A stretch of 64,000 nt of DNA from Nemertoderma westbladi (Eukaryota; Animalia; Xenacoelomorpha): contig JAUCBJ010005607.1 in assembly GCA_032718475.1 (NCBI GenBank), positions 17,883 to 81,882 on the forward strand. Reading direction: 5' to 3'. The translations under genes were made by a program, and so were the position numbers. This document shows positions 37,333 to 48,500 of the stretch, in pieces. A model generated the notes under the pieces. That model had not been told where the DNA came from. It did no database searches and saw nothing but the letters and a program-made list of their open reading frames with translations. The number at the start of each line of letters is the position of its first letter. Within the stretch, counting starts at the first letter, position 1.

Positions 37333-38566
37333 TTATTCGGTTATTATTTCCTTGGCTTCCGAAATAGATAGAAGAGCGTCATAGCTTGCCATTAATATAA
37401 CGTTAATAGTGTTAACTAGCGCATTACTAAATTTCAGAATCAAATGCCCGCTTGTATGTATACTAGGTTGAATCTCATGGCTTTGATCGCCTCCTGCGGT
37501 AAGATCAAATACTATCAAAGGAAATTGGGTACGAAACCGTTCTGGTGTTAGAGAGCAAAATACGCCGCTCAAGCTCTTGAACACGTTCATTAAACTTTCG
37601 AATTCCAACATAAAATTGTTTTCCGGAAAGTTAGGGCGATATGGATACCATTGTATAATACGGGAGTCGATGTTTAGTTCGGCATAATTTAAACCGAAAT
37701 GGTTAAAATGTAGCGGATTACTGCTTAATTCCCCGTTGAAGCTGACGTTGGTAAGCATTCCAATCAAAATATACTTAGGTAATTTCCCTTGGATTATGTT
37801 CGATTCTGTATAACTGGACTGTCCGCCACCAATAGTGAAGGTTTTCACTTCTTGTTTTAACAAGTTATAAATAAAGTCATTTTTTTGTGACCCCAACAAA
37901 TGCGTGCGCATAACCTCGGCATCAATCCTGTGGCATTTTATTTTTAAATTAATATCCATGATTTCAACTCTTGGGTTTGCCAACTTTCAAAAAAAAATTA
38001 TTCGATACTCGGTCTATACGAAGTCGAATGTTAATTCCTGGTGGCAGTAATTTGTCCTGACTTGTCAAGTCTAGAAAAATTGGGGCCACTACGAATTTAA
38101 CATAATTCCCACGAACGTCGTTCCCAGAAACGACAGGTACCCCACCTAGATTATTATCTGTATCCTCATAACCACCAGCTCTTAAAATACCGCGTTTTTC
38201 ATTAGCATCTGTCAACAGTAATGTCTGAAATGTAGACTTATAGGCGTAGAACCCATTCGAGGTTTCAACTAGCTTTTCATTTAGGTACAACGAACAATTT
38301 TCAAATAGTGACCCACCCGGGTAATTGAGATGGTGGAGGGTTGTATCGTCGTTAGCCCTATTACCGTCCCACGTAATTTTATATTTAATGTGAAATTTCG
38401 AATTCTTTAAATCAGTATATAGAACATTTGACTGGGGTATAAAGAACTCTATTTGCCTGGCATTCGCGTCAAGAGTAGAGATCGGGTAGATATGCAAAAA
38501 ATGTGAAGATGTATATTCTCGCTGATTTGTTTTACTCGAGAATAATGATAATTCTAATTTACTCAT
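37333..38566 (-). pseudogene. Polinton major capsid protein (double jelly-roll), frameshifted at about 37970
   Basis: KLELSLF, IEFFIP...YTDLKNS, SLFENCSLYLN, YAYKS, QDKLLPPG; then GKLPKYILIGM, FNGELSSNPLHFNHF, FDLT. Confidence 0.9.
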
Positions 38567-38603
38567 TGTTAAGTTACATGAAAATATCACGACATTTATT
38601 ATT

Positions 38604-39101
38604 TCACTTTTTACGTTTGCGCCCAACGTTCATACCCACACTTGGGTGTCGCCGTTTCCCGCTCCTCTTTTTTTTACTTTTCGGGTTTGTAAATTCATTG
38701 TATACCCGTTGGGCGATTTGGCATGTCTTTGGATGAGGTTCTAACCGCGCGGCCACTTTATTTATCAAATCATCTGCTTTACTGCGTAAAATACGTTTTC
38801 CTTCCGGTATTATGTATTTCCGCGCCACTTTTGCTGCTTTGGGGAGTGCTTTAGTTAGCACCTTTCTCCCTAACTTGCGCGCTAATATACCGAGGCCAGT
38901 TGTTAATATTCCGTGCCCACGCTGACGATTTTGGGTGTATCGCTGGCCGAATTTATTATTCTTATTATTCCATACACCAGTAGATGGGCCAAACCCGGGG
39001 AGAATGCTTCCACCTTTAAAAACGGGTATATCGCTATAATTCCCACTTCTCAGTTGGATTTGTGGGGTGCTATATAATTTAAACAAATTAGAATCTGACA
39101 T
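38604..39101 (-). CDS. Polinton basic core/virion protein
   Basis: PVFKG and RQRGHGI motifs followed by an amphipathic segment and a K/R-rich tail; lies immediately upstream of MCP. Confidence 0.7.
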   Translation of the reverse strand: MSDSNLFKLYSTPQIQLRSGNYSDIPVFKGGSILPGFGPSTGVWNNKNNKFGQRYTQNRQRGHGILTTGLGILARKLGRKVLTKALPKAAKVARKYIIPEGKRILRSKADDLINKVAARLEPHPKTCQIAQRVYNEFTNPKSKKKRSGKRRHPSVGMNVGRKRKK

Positions 39102-39223
39102 TATTATTATGAGTATTTATTATAACGTATAATAATAATTCTTTACTACATACGTATATGTGTAATCAACAAATAATATATGTACCACATAATAATACAA
39201 TATAATTAATAAATATATACACA

Positions 39224-39817
39224 TTAATTTGATGACAACCATTTCCCATAACCAACTGCGAGTTTCATAGAACAGTAATTAAAACAAGAATCTTTATCAG
39301 AATGGTAGGCACAATTTGTTATTGCCGAATAATCATGGAAAATGCATTTGGTGTCATAATCGACATATTTTTCGTTTATGCCGTACGTTTCTAGAAGTGT
39401 TCCATTCACATTAAATTCATTTTTTAAAATAAATAATTTCGGTATTCCGCGTATTAATATTTGAAACCCCAACTGTTTTTTTTCTTGTAACCATTCCTGT
39501 ATGTACATTTTAAATGCGCTTTGGTCCATAAATCCGTAGTCAAAATTAATGTGATGCGTAATATTGGCGAGTTGTATGAGATGATCGTATTCGCTTAAAC
39601 TTAAAATTTTTGCGGGCAGACCATTAATAAACCATACGTTTTCTAATGATTTGATGGTAGTATTATAAGCCGCAAACTCTTTAAAATAAATGGTTGCAAC
39701 GGGGTGTTGGCCGATCTGCGGATGATGCGTATAATATTGGAAATCTACTATTATTCCTGGGTTTTCCAGCGTCGGGTAATAATCACGCCCGCGGCTGCGA
39801 CTTAGAAATTTATCCAT
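39224..39817 (-). CDS. Polinton conserved protein, putative DnaQ/RNase H-fold with Cys/His cluster
   Basis: IIVDFQ...FKEFA, ILIRG.PK, C-terminal C..H...C.YH...C...CS pattern. Confidence 0.55.
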   Translation of the reverse strand: MDKFLSRSRGRDYYPTLENPGIIVDFQYYTHHPQIGQHPVATIYFKEFAAYNTTIKSLENVWFINGLPAKILSLSEYDHLIQLANITHHINFDYGFMDQSAFKMYIQEWLQEKKQLGFQILIRGIPKLFILKNEFNVNGTLLETYGINEKYVDYDTKCIFHDYSAITNCAYHSDKDSCFNYCSMKLAVGYGKWLSSN

Positions 39818-39891
39818 ATAGTTGCTATTACTTCAGATAATCAGATAATAATAAATAATAAATAATTTACATCGATTAAATTGAAACTATC

Positions 39892-40698
39892 TCAGTCAAT
39901 TCGTATAAAATGAAGCGTCAATATTGAATTTCCATAATGAAAGCGCAACAGATCACCCGAATCCCCAACCAATTTAGCCCGTATATAGCGTAAATTAGAT
40001 GTTACTTTAAGTTTTTTATAGTATATCTGTTTGACTTCCCTAGTAATGACTTCACCGTATTCCCCTTCTAATGGTATGGTGCGCAACAGCCGATATTCGT
40101 TATTGTCCACAAATTGAGATTCAACACAATTAAGGTGAATATTTATGTTAGGGTCTAGTATCTCGACTGCGTCAGGATGTTTACGGCACTGGTACTTATT
40201 ATTCCACGGATTAATTCTAATTAAATTATAATCTCCGACGTCGGTTTTTACGCACTTGAAACCTAATTTATCAATATCGTGCTCTATTAATCCTAGGTAA
40301 CCACCCAAACGTTTGCTAACAAAGATTTCCCATTGTTTTCCTTTGAAATGAATAGTTATATCGCCTGACCTCGCTCTATTATCAACTATATTAATTTGTG
40401 CTTTAATAATGCTTTTGTTGAAGAACTCAATGATTCTTTCCAATGTCAGGAACGACCCTTCTGGGAGAGTGACATCTCTTGTATCCATTTTTTTATTTTT
40501 TATAGCCTTTATATAAATGTTACTATTATCGTGACGAATACTAGATACGTAGGTTATACTAGTCAAACCTACTAACCATTGCCCTCTAGCGATAGGTAAA
40601 GTAATTTGTAAATTTATTTGGAAATCGCTAGCATTATTAAGTGGAAATTCTATTGGGTTCGCGTTTGAAGGTAGTACAACATAATAACTATTCATCAT
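39892..40698 (-). CDS. Polinton minor capsid protein (penton) paralog 2
   Basis: YVVLPSNA...FPLNNASDFQINL...WLVGLTSI; C-terminal VESQFV...LLRTIP...YKKL...F...SILTLHF. Confidence 0.85.
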   Translation of the reverse strand: MMNSYYVVLPSNANPIEFPLNNASDFQINLQITLPIARGQWLVGLTSITYVSSIRHDNSNIYIKAIKNKKMDTRDVTLPEGSFLTLERIIEFFNKSIIKAQINIVDNRARSGDITIHFKGKQWEIFVSKRLGGYLGLIEHDIDKLGFKCVKTDVGDYNLIRINPWNNKYQCRKHPDAVEILDPNINIHLNCVESQFVDNNEYRLLRTIPLEGEYGEVITREVKQIYYKKLKVTSNLRYIRAKLVGDSGDLLRFHYGNSILTLHFIRID

Positions 40699-41575
40699 TA
40701 TACCAGTTTTGTAATTGCGACCGTTTTTTTAGTTCTAGAACTAAAATTGTTTTACCACCATGAAACACTATATGCTTTCCTTTATGATCGCGAAGCGTTA
40801 TACTAATTGTATTAACTAATTTTTGATTTTTTAACTGTTTGTAATGAGTGTTTTCGAACTCTTGACTTATAAATGAGTATGGTTGCCATTTTAACGGAAT
40901 TATCCGCAAAAGAGGAACCATAGAATGCCCCACGTGGGAAGATTCAATTATATCTGTATATATAAACATTGTATGTCTATCCCTCGTTATATCACAGGGT
41001 TCAGGAAATTCAATTCCATTTTTGTCTGAATTCCTAGAGCCTAAACTTAGTAAGTTGTCTTCTGGGTTGTAATGTATTGACCAAAACGCGCCAAGACCAT
41101 GTATGTTATTTTTTAAAGACGATAAGCCAAATATATTTATTAAATCCCCGTAGAATTGGAAATAGCGTCCTTTCATAGAATGCAAATGTATTTTCGATGT
41201 GTGCTTGTGATAATTAAACTTAACATCGGAGAAACCATAATGTTCTACGGAATTTTTTTTCAAATATACGGTAATATAATTTATAATTGACTCAACGGAA
41301 GCATACAGCCCATGATTAAGATCGATTTCAATAAGATTATACGGGGCAATGTGGAATGGTATATCCACATCTTCCATGTATTCACCAATTTTAATTCCGG
41401 ATCTTTGCTCAATATTCCTATAAGTTGATACATATTGTATTTCTTTTAGGCCCACAACCCAATCCGTGGTAATGGGGATAGGTTTGGACAATTCAATTGT
41501 AAAATCGCTCCGGGTGTTGTTAGGATATTTATCTAGACTGGCGTCAGAAGTCAATGTCAAATGTAAGCGATCCAT
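40688..41575 (-). CDS. Polinton minor capsid protein (penton) paralog 1
   Basis: LTLTSDASLDKYPNNTRSDFTIEL...WVVGLKEI; FIYTDIIE..HVGH..VPLLRII...HYKQL...ITLRD..G. Confidence 0.88.
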   Translation of the reverse strand: MDRLHLTLTSDASLDKYPNNTRSDFTIELSKPIPITTDWVVGLKEIQYVSTYRNIEQRSGIKIGEYMEDVDIPFHIAPYNLIEIDLNHGLYASVESIINYITVYLKKNSVEHYGFSDVKFNYHKHTSKIHLHSMKGRYFQFYGDLINIFGLSSLKNNIHGLGAFWSIHYNPEDNLLSLGSRNSDKNGIEFPEPCDITRDRHTMFIYTDIIESSHVGHSMVPLLRIIPLKWQPYSFISQEFENTHYKQLKNQKLVNTISITLRDHKGKHIVFHGGKTILVLELKKRSQLQNWYNDE

Positions 41576-42666
41576 TATTGTATCCTATCAACCCACCGGT
41601 GCTTCGCATAACCAACGAATTTTACCAGGTATTGTTTTTTCCCTGTTTTTTTGTTTACTACTTTTTCCTTGATTACTTTTTCAATTGGTAAGAACTCAAA
41701 CGGTTCTTTCACCTTTTTCATTTCATATTGATAAAATGTCCCTTTAATAACACGCCTATTCACATCCATAACTTCGTACATAGGGTACGGCTCTCGATCC
41801 ATCCGTATTCTAGAAATTTCGAAAATTTCCCAGGTATAGTTAGGTGTATATCCTTTGGAAAATGGTGTCGCGGTTAAACTCAGACGCACTTTATCGCCAA
41901 CTTTGAAATAAACTCGACACTGTTCGCGGCGTTTCTTTCTATTGGGATGGCGCACACTGCCATATAGTTTTAAAAATAAGCCAGTTTCATTATTTTTATT
42001 GACTAAGTTTGGCGCCATACCGATGGTTCTATGTATTGAATTATTATATGAAATTACCAGCTTTGGTAATATGTCGATCCATTTCTTATTTTGCCGCCTT
42101 GTGAACACTTTATACATTTTCGACTTAAGTGTGCGGTTAAGCCTCTCACAGATGCTAGCTTTAAATTGGCTAACTAATGTATAAAAATTAACATTATTAT
42201 TCTGTAAGAATTCTTTCACTAATTTATTTACAAACTCAGTACCCTGATCAACCGCCAGTCTTTTAGGCTTTCTTTCTTCGAATATTGTGGTTAGGGCGCG
42301 TTTAATTTCGACACCGGTTTTATGTTTTAACCCTAGTGCCCACGCCTTGCGACTAAAGCAATCGATACAAGTAATTATGTAACCATAACCATTATTCTCC
42401 ACCCTAAAGGGTTGCATATCGCATATGTCCGCCTGATATAGATCTCCAATGCCGTCCGTGAAAATTTTTGATGTCGGGTAATGGCGCCTAGCCGGCGCGT
42501 GTAGGGAATACGTTCATTGGGAGCTCAACCACTTCTTTGCGCGATTTCTCGTAACTTTAGCGGCTTTCGCTAGTTTGGTTACGCTCGCGAAACCGGCAGC
42601 ATTTGAAACATCGTAATATATTCTTCCCAGTCGTTTGTTTGTTCGATTTTCTACGATTCTCCCCAT
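41575..42666 (-). pseudogene. Polinton retroviral-like (rve) integrase with C-terminal chromo-like domain; one premature stop
   Basis: YY...AGFAS..KL, YSLH.P, QADICDM, IDCFSR, DQGTEF, ERLNRTLK, YNNSIH.TIGM.P, KGYTPNYT.E, IEKVI...YLVKFVGY. In-frame TGA at about 42514. Confidence 0.92.
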
Positions 42667-42784
42667 CGGTTGTGTCAAGTCGCGGTAGAAAAGACTTGCA
42701 ATGACAGTTAATACTTAATATGAAACGTTCAAAAAACATACTACTATTTTAATGTTGTCCCGCGTTTTGTTTCCACACGTCGAT

Positions 42785-43241
42785 TTATTGTAGTCCTACA
42801 TATTGTTTCCAAGCATCGACGCGTTTTGCGTTGGAGGGGGTCACACGGACCCCTTGTCGTTTCAACCAACCGTGACCAATTAATCGTTTTGGTATCCTTA
42901 ATCGTTTTAATAACCCCAAAAATGTTGTTTGTCCTGGAATTATTTTGGTGTTTTTCTTATTTTTTTTTGTAGTCAGCAATTCAATCAAATGATCAATTCG
43001 CTCCGGGTATAAGTTTATTTTCTATATAGAGTTTATTATTATCACTCCACCGTACTCTGTCTCGCGAGAATCGCATCAAATAACTCAACAATCGTTTGGC
43101 TTTCTGGGATGAAATTGCCACACCATCTAGCGGTTGTATTATATTATTGCTTTTCTTATTATTATTATAAGTATCTGTTAATAAAGTAGAAACTAGATAC
43201 AACTTCTTAAAATTTCCGAGGCTAATCTCGCTATTTTTCAT
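42785..43241 (-). pseudogene. Polinton conserved hypothetical protein, frameshifted
   Basis: KAKRLL..L......W...L.I....IPGAN / IELL...PG...FL..L....IP...IG pattern, split across two ORFs. Confidence 0.6.
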
Positions 43242-43439
43242 CGTTATATATCATTATTAATATATTAATACTATATACTAGAGTTCACGTTGATGGACCG
43301 ATAATAACCTAATTTTGGTGAAAGTCTAAAACAAGGTGTGAAAATGGTTTTCGCGCGGGGTCGCTACTGCGGTATAGACTGAGCCTCAGGGCCTTGGTGA
43401 GGTGTGTTAGAGTTCGTGTTCGTGGGTTGATAAACAGTT

Positions 43440-44073
43440 TGCCCTAATGGGTTGAAAATATCACCCCTAACTCTTATACTATCATCCATTTTTGATGAAA
43501 GTCTAAGAGAAGGTGTGTGAATAGTTTTTGTGTGGCGTCGCTATATGCTTGAACAATAAAATTGCTATTTTTTGGGTACACTTGCCGCGCTATATAACTT
43601 ATTTGATTTGCGTCGCGGGGATTTTTTGTGAAAATACAATATTGGGCATTTAGACTTCTAGTCTGTGTTTCCACCCCTTTACTGAAAAAATTTTGTGTTA
43701 TATAGATAATGAAACAGGAAGTATGATGGCAGGTTTTTGTGAAGCTTTCTGTCAAACTCTCATCACTCCTACTTTCGCTTAACAAGTCGTCTATAATAAT
43801 TAGATCGTTTTCGCGGAAAATAGAATTAATTTTTTGCAGTAAACCTTTGAATAGATGTGTTATACCTGGGAATTAAGGTGGGGTGGCGCCATAAAAGAAT
43901 AATACACGCTTCGGGGTTATATCAAAAACTAAATTTTTATTTTTTACGATTTTTGATACCAGCACTGTTTTTCCGGAAGAACTTGGACCCGCAATAATCA
44001 TGGCCGAACCCATCTTGAAAGAGGCGTCGTATGATGTGATTGGTTCCTGCGATATCGCCGGCTCTCGGGACAT
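43440..44073 (-). pseudogene. Polinton A32/FtsK-like DNA packaging ATPase, frameshifted
   Basis: Walker A GPSSSGKT; Walker B LIIIDDL at about 43790; FTK..HH...YITQN.F...SLNAQY...KNPRD..QI...ARQ. Confidence 0.9.
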
Positions 44074-44090
44074 TGTTGATAGGTAGTCAC

Positions 44091-44555
44091 TCAGTAGATG
44101 GGAAACCTAGAAACTTGACGGTTGATGCGTGTACCAGAGGTACTAGGTCTATACCCCCGGCGGGATTGGGCTAATTTTCTGCCTCTTACAGCCGTTATTA
44201 TGGGTGATATTTTCTGATAAGCGTTAAGCCCACTCATTAAACCAGAGATTAGTAGATTTATAAATCCGCCCCTTTGCACCAATCGTTTACGGTAAATTCT
44301 GATGGGATACTTGGCTGATGTTGGTTTTTTAGCAATCTCCCGTATTGTTTTTTTATGGCGTTTTAACCTCGCGATTGTTTGCTCAGGAATTTTTACGTTA
44401 CCATTTAATACATTTAGATTAATTTTAATTAGAAAACTTATAAGTTCATCGGTTCCACCGACGCGTAAGAAGGTTTTTCTACGGTTAAGGGAGGCGTTAG
44501 ATAAGAACTTTAAATCCCCGTCAAATTGTTTAATTAAAGCTTTGAGTGATTTCAT
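44091..44555 (-). CDS. Polinton conserved virion protein with adenain-type cleavage site (pX/pVI-like)
   Basis: LNVLNGNV...LKRHKK.IR.IA...LVQRGG|FINLLISGL amphipathic segment. Confidence 0.75.
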   Translation of the reverse strand: MKSLKALIKQFDGDLKFLSNASLNRRKTFLRVGGTDELISFLIKINLNVLNGNVKIPEQTIARLKRHKKTIREIAKKPTSAKYPIRIYRKRLVQRGGFINLLISGLMSGLNAYQKISPIITAVRGRKLAQSRRGYRPSTSGTRINRQVSRFPIY

Positions 44556-44970
44556 TACGTCATATATTAATAACTTATATAAACGAGAACAATAATAGTA
44601 AGTAATAAAACACCGCCACCGTTATAAATAGTATCGAGTATATGCGCGGGTGGGGTTTTTCACGCGATAAAACCGAGCAATTATAGAAACCAGCACTCTT
44701 TAAAACCTAACATCGATAATTAATAAAATACATTATATAACGCGAACAATGAATTAATTTTGACTGACAGAAAGACCGACAAATAGACAGATATACTAGA
44801 TTTATGTAAATGTAAACCGACATCAGAAATGAAATTGACACCCTTGACAACCTAAGACTACCGATAAAACACGTTATATATAATGTGAATAATGGTAATA
44901 TCCGCGTTTATTAAAAAACCTAAAGAGATCCCGCCGGACAAACCTAAAACTGGCACCAGAAATGAAAAAA

Positions 44971-45531
44971 TTAGATATTTCTACCTAAATGACTATCTAA
45001 ATTACCAATAAAATTCAAAAACTTTGGAAAAAATACTCGAAATATCCCGGGTCTTGCCATACACACAACATTTCGTGTGTAAAAAACGCAAAATGTTATG
45101 ATATTAGAACTAGTTTTACCCCGACGATAAAACTGCACAATAATATTATTAAATATCTCCGGCTCATATTTCACCTCCGCATTATAATAATTATCTAAAA
45201 AATGAAACCTGACCGTTTTCATTAATTTCCTATAGTCTATGTCTAGATTGTTAATAATATAAGTTTGGCTATTGATTGAAATAAAAGTTAGTTTATAATC
45301 AGTATGCTTATATATATACTTAATAATTTTTTTTATTTTAGGCGATTTACCGAGTACAGTGACCTTACCGATCGGGAAAAAGAGACACGTCCATCCGCAA
45401 ATTTTGGCGATATATTGAAAAGGATTTAAGATGAGTTTTCCATTTCGAATTCGTTTAGCCAGCACATCGAATGATATGCACCCATCAACCAACCTCAAAC
45501 TTATATTACTGTTGACAACTCTAAAAGACAT
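44971..45531 (-). CDS. TATA-binding-protein-like protein encoded by the Polinton
   Basis: 186 aa, two-repeat TBP core: FRVVN, LAKRIRN (TBP IALRARN), TCLFFPIGKVTVLG (TALIFSSGKMVCTG), KYEPEIF (SYEPELF), FCVFYTRNVVCM (LLIFVSGKVVLT). Confidence 0.8.
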   Translation of the reverse strand: MSFRVVNSNISLRLVDGCISFDVLAKRIRNGKLILNPFQYIAKICGWTCLFFPIGKVTVLGKSPKIKKIIKYIYKHTDYKLTFISINSQTYIINNLDIDYRKLMKTVRFHFLDNYYNAEVKYEPEIFNNIIVQFYRRGKTSSNIITFCVFYTRNVVCMARPGIFRVFFPKFLNFIGNLDSHLGRNI

Positions 45532-45540
45532 CGCAATCCG

Positions 45541-48500
45541 CTATTCTATAATGGGCGGTAAATAAAGCTTAGGGGCAGGCGCTTTACGATCCAAATGTGT
45601 TTTATAATGGCTGTAAGGTAGACTTTCATTAGTTGATGTGTAGTATCTTTTATCTTCCCACAGTGTTAGCGATTTTTTTCTTTGTGAAACGGTGTAGATT
45701 TTATGTAAATTAGATTGAAACCTTTGACTGTATTCGTAATGCTCGCTAACCTCGTTATATACTTTTAAATATGATTCGTGGGAGAGTTTCTTTTTTATAA
45801 CCATTTTTCCTACGCCTTTAGCGACACGTTTTGGAACTGACCCCCCCACGAAAGCTATAACATTTTGGTCTAAGTAAAATAACCTGGTCAAACGGGATAG
45901 ACTTCCCTTCATCCTTTAAATATCTATATTTCCCTTTCTGTTCTACTGTATACAGCGGATGTGTAATAGGATAATTTGAACAGTCTAAAACTTTTTTTGA
46001 TTGTAACGCAGATAAAAATTGGTGTTGGGATAAACCAACACACTGTAAAAAAAAAGAATCTGTGTCCCCACCTAACAAATTTATACTACAATTTAATTCG
46101 GCTTCCAGGGGCTTTAATTTCTCGTAGAAGAAACTGTAATAATCTAACTTCGACAGGTCCAATACAGCTTGGCCTAAAAAAATAGGTTTATGCAAACAAA
46201 CCGCAGTTTTAGATAGGACATGACCTGATAATGAATCAGTGAACATAATTAAATTTTCGTGATTCGGCTTGGATAATAATAAGACACATTTCTCGATTGA
46301 ATTACATAAGCGAAATGAGACACGGTCCCGTATATTCTCCATGCTTTTCCCGAAAAGCGCGTTATTTGTTCCTTTGTGAAACTTATCATAAAAGTCATTG
46401 CTTGCTATTTTTCTTTGCTGGGTGTTATATTCAATAAAATCCTTAAAAATGTAACCTTGCTTAAATCTAATAAGTTTATGAACTTTAATCAAGCGCATGC
46501 CATGATGAATATAAAAGCGCAATAATTTTAGATGCACACCGTACTCATACTTATCAAATTGGGTTAACATCAATTTTTTCGTTGAACTATTGAAAATTTT
46601 ATCACCATTATAATGGAAGCTCGGCTGTGGCATCATGAATAGTCTACAACAGTACAACAGTATTCAAGGTCTACAACAGCAAAATATCCGTATATATCGT
46701 CAATTTCCAGACTCATGATATCGCCACTATCAACATCCAACCATTCAAAGTCAGAATAAGGAAGTTTCTCCGACAATGAACCGCTATATAAACTGTTGAA
46801 ATATAAATTATATAAATGAGCTTCAGGTTTATTAGGGTCGTATGTTTCTGTGCCTGGTATATTCGCATTTGCCATATGAAGGTTGGTGTAAGAAACTCCA
46901 CCCCTAATGGAATTTTCGAATGTTAAATACATTTCATGGTCTGCAAGTAGACGAATATGTGACTTGGAAAATCTCAAAGCCGCGTCCCAACTAACCCCCG
47001 CCATCGTGTAATAGTTCGAGACCTCAAGCGAATAATGTTTAGTACAATAAGCGCGAAAATTTTCAAAAATATCGGCTAGCAGCAACACGTCAAGATGTAA
47101 GTAAGCTTCCAAATAATCAAAAAGTGTCTCACATCCAAATTGTTCCCACGAAAGATGAGCAAATGTATATTCTTCAGGGCTAATAGATGATAATGTTAAT
47201 TCGCTGTAAAACTCTTTTGGATGCGGTAATTTAGTATCCCCCAATTTACTTAAGGAATCGACATATTCATAAGGAAAAACTGACTTACGACGTAAAATTT
47301 CGTTGGTAACATTTGGATATAATTTTCTCATTTGCTTCACAGTGTGCGGAATAACGGTTGTTAAATCTGATACATCTTTTGTCAAAAACCCAGCCAAAGC
47401 AGAAAGGGAAAATCCCATAAACGCGAATGAATCAATAAAATGTATAGTTATTGATTTGCTGGTTGGGAGCCCTCTTACGTCCTTTTCTGGAATAGCATAA
47501 CCAAGCACGCTAAGTGCTTCTGACATTGGAATATCTATGCGAAGTGAGATATATCTTTTAGTATTTTTTGCAATGGTTTCAATTTTCCTGTTTTTATATT
47601 TACTACTGGCAAACCCTTTTTGTAAAATTAAATGTGAATCATAAAAAAAAATTATGACAGACAACTGGGAATAGGTGACGTTTAACACTTAATTGTTTAT
47701 TACAGGAAATACATGCTGCACCAATGAAAGCCCCGTTGTAATGGTTGTGATGCATTACACTTGGATTTATATCTTCCCGAAAAAATGATTTACAATTAAA
47801 GCAATTTGTGGTATGCATATAAGCTTGGTATTGTGTGTGATCCAGGTGTTTGGGGTGGTGTGTGTTAACCCTATTAAACCCGGGGGTCAATATGACCCAC
47901 CCCCCCCGTGGTTTTTTTATTATAATTCTGAAACAAACGCAGTTGGAAATCTGAAATTTTATGACTTTTCCTAAAAATCTATTGTCTTCATGGTAGTGAA
48001 AACCGTTTTCAAAAATATTGGGTACTTTTCGAGTTATAGCACCATTTTTTAACCCTACTTTTGGCACTTTTTTTGAGACGTTTTTTGAAAATTACATTTC
48101 ATTTAATATGAATTGTAACATCTCTAGTTTTGATTTACACCGGTTTTTTGGTGTTAGAAATTGGATGGAATTCATATAAATTGATTTAGAAATTTCAAAC
48201 TTGTTTTTTTCGATGGGTGCCAAATTTTGGTACCAGCACCAAATTTTGAAATAAGTCAATTTTGTAAATTGATTGTTTGAAACTTGTTTTTTGCGCAATT
48301 GGGGTTTTTTGGGGTTCTGGATTCGATGAAATATATACGAGTTGCACCAAGCGTATCAAACTTGTATTTTTCGGTGCTGTGTGCAAATTTTGGTGCTAGC
48401 ACGAAATTTTGAAAATCCATTTAATATATAAAATTGCTTGTGACAATTTATTTCTTGCGTTTTAGAGGTTTATGGCTCTTCTGAATTCAATGGAAAATAT

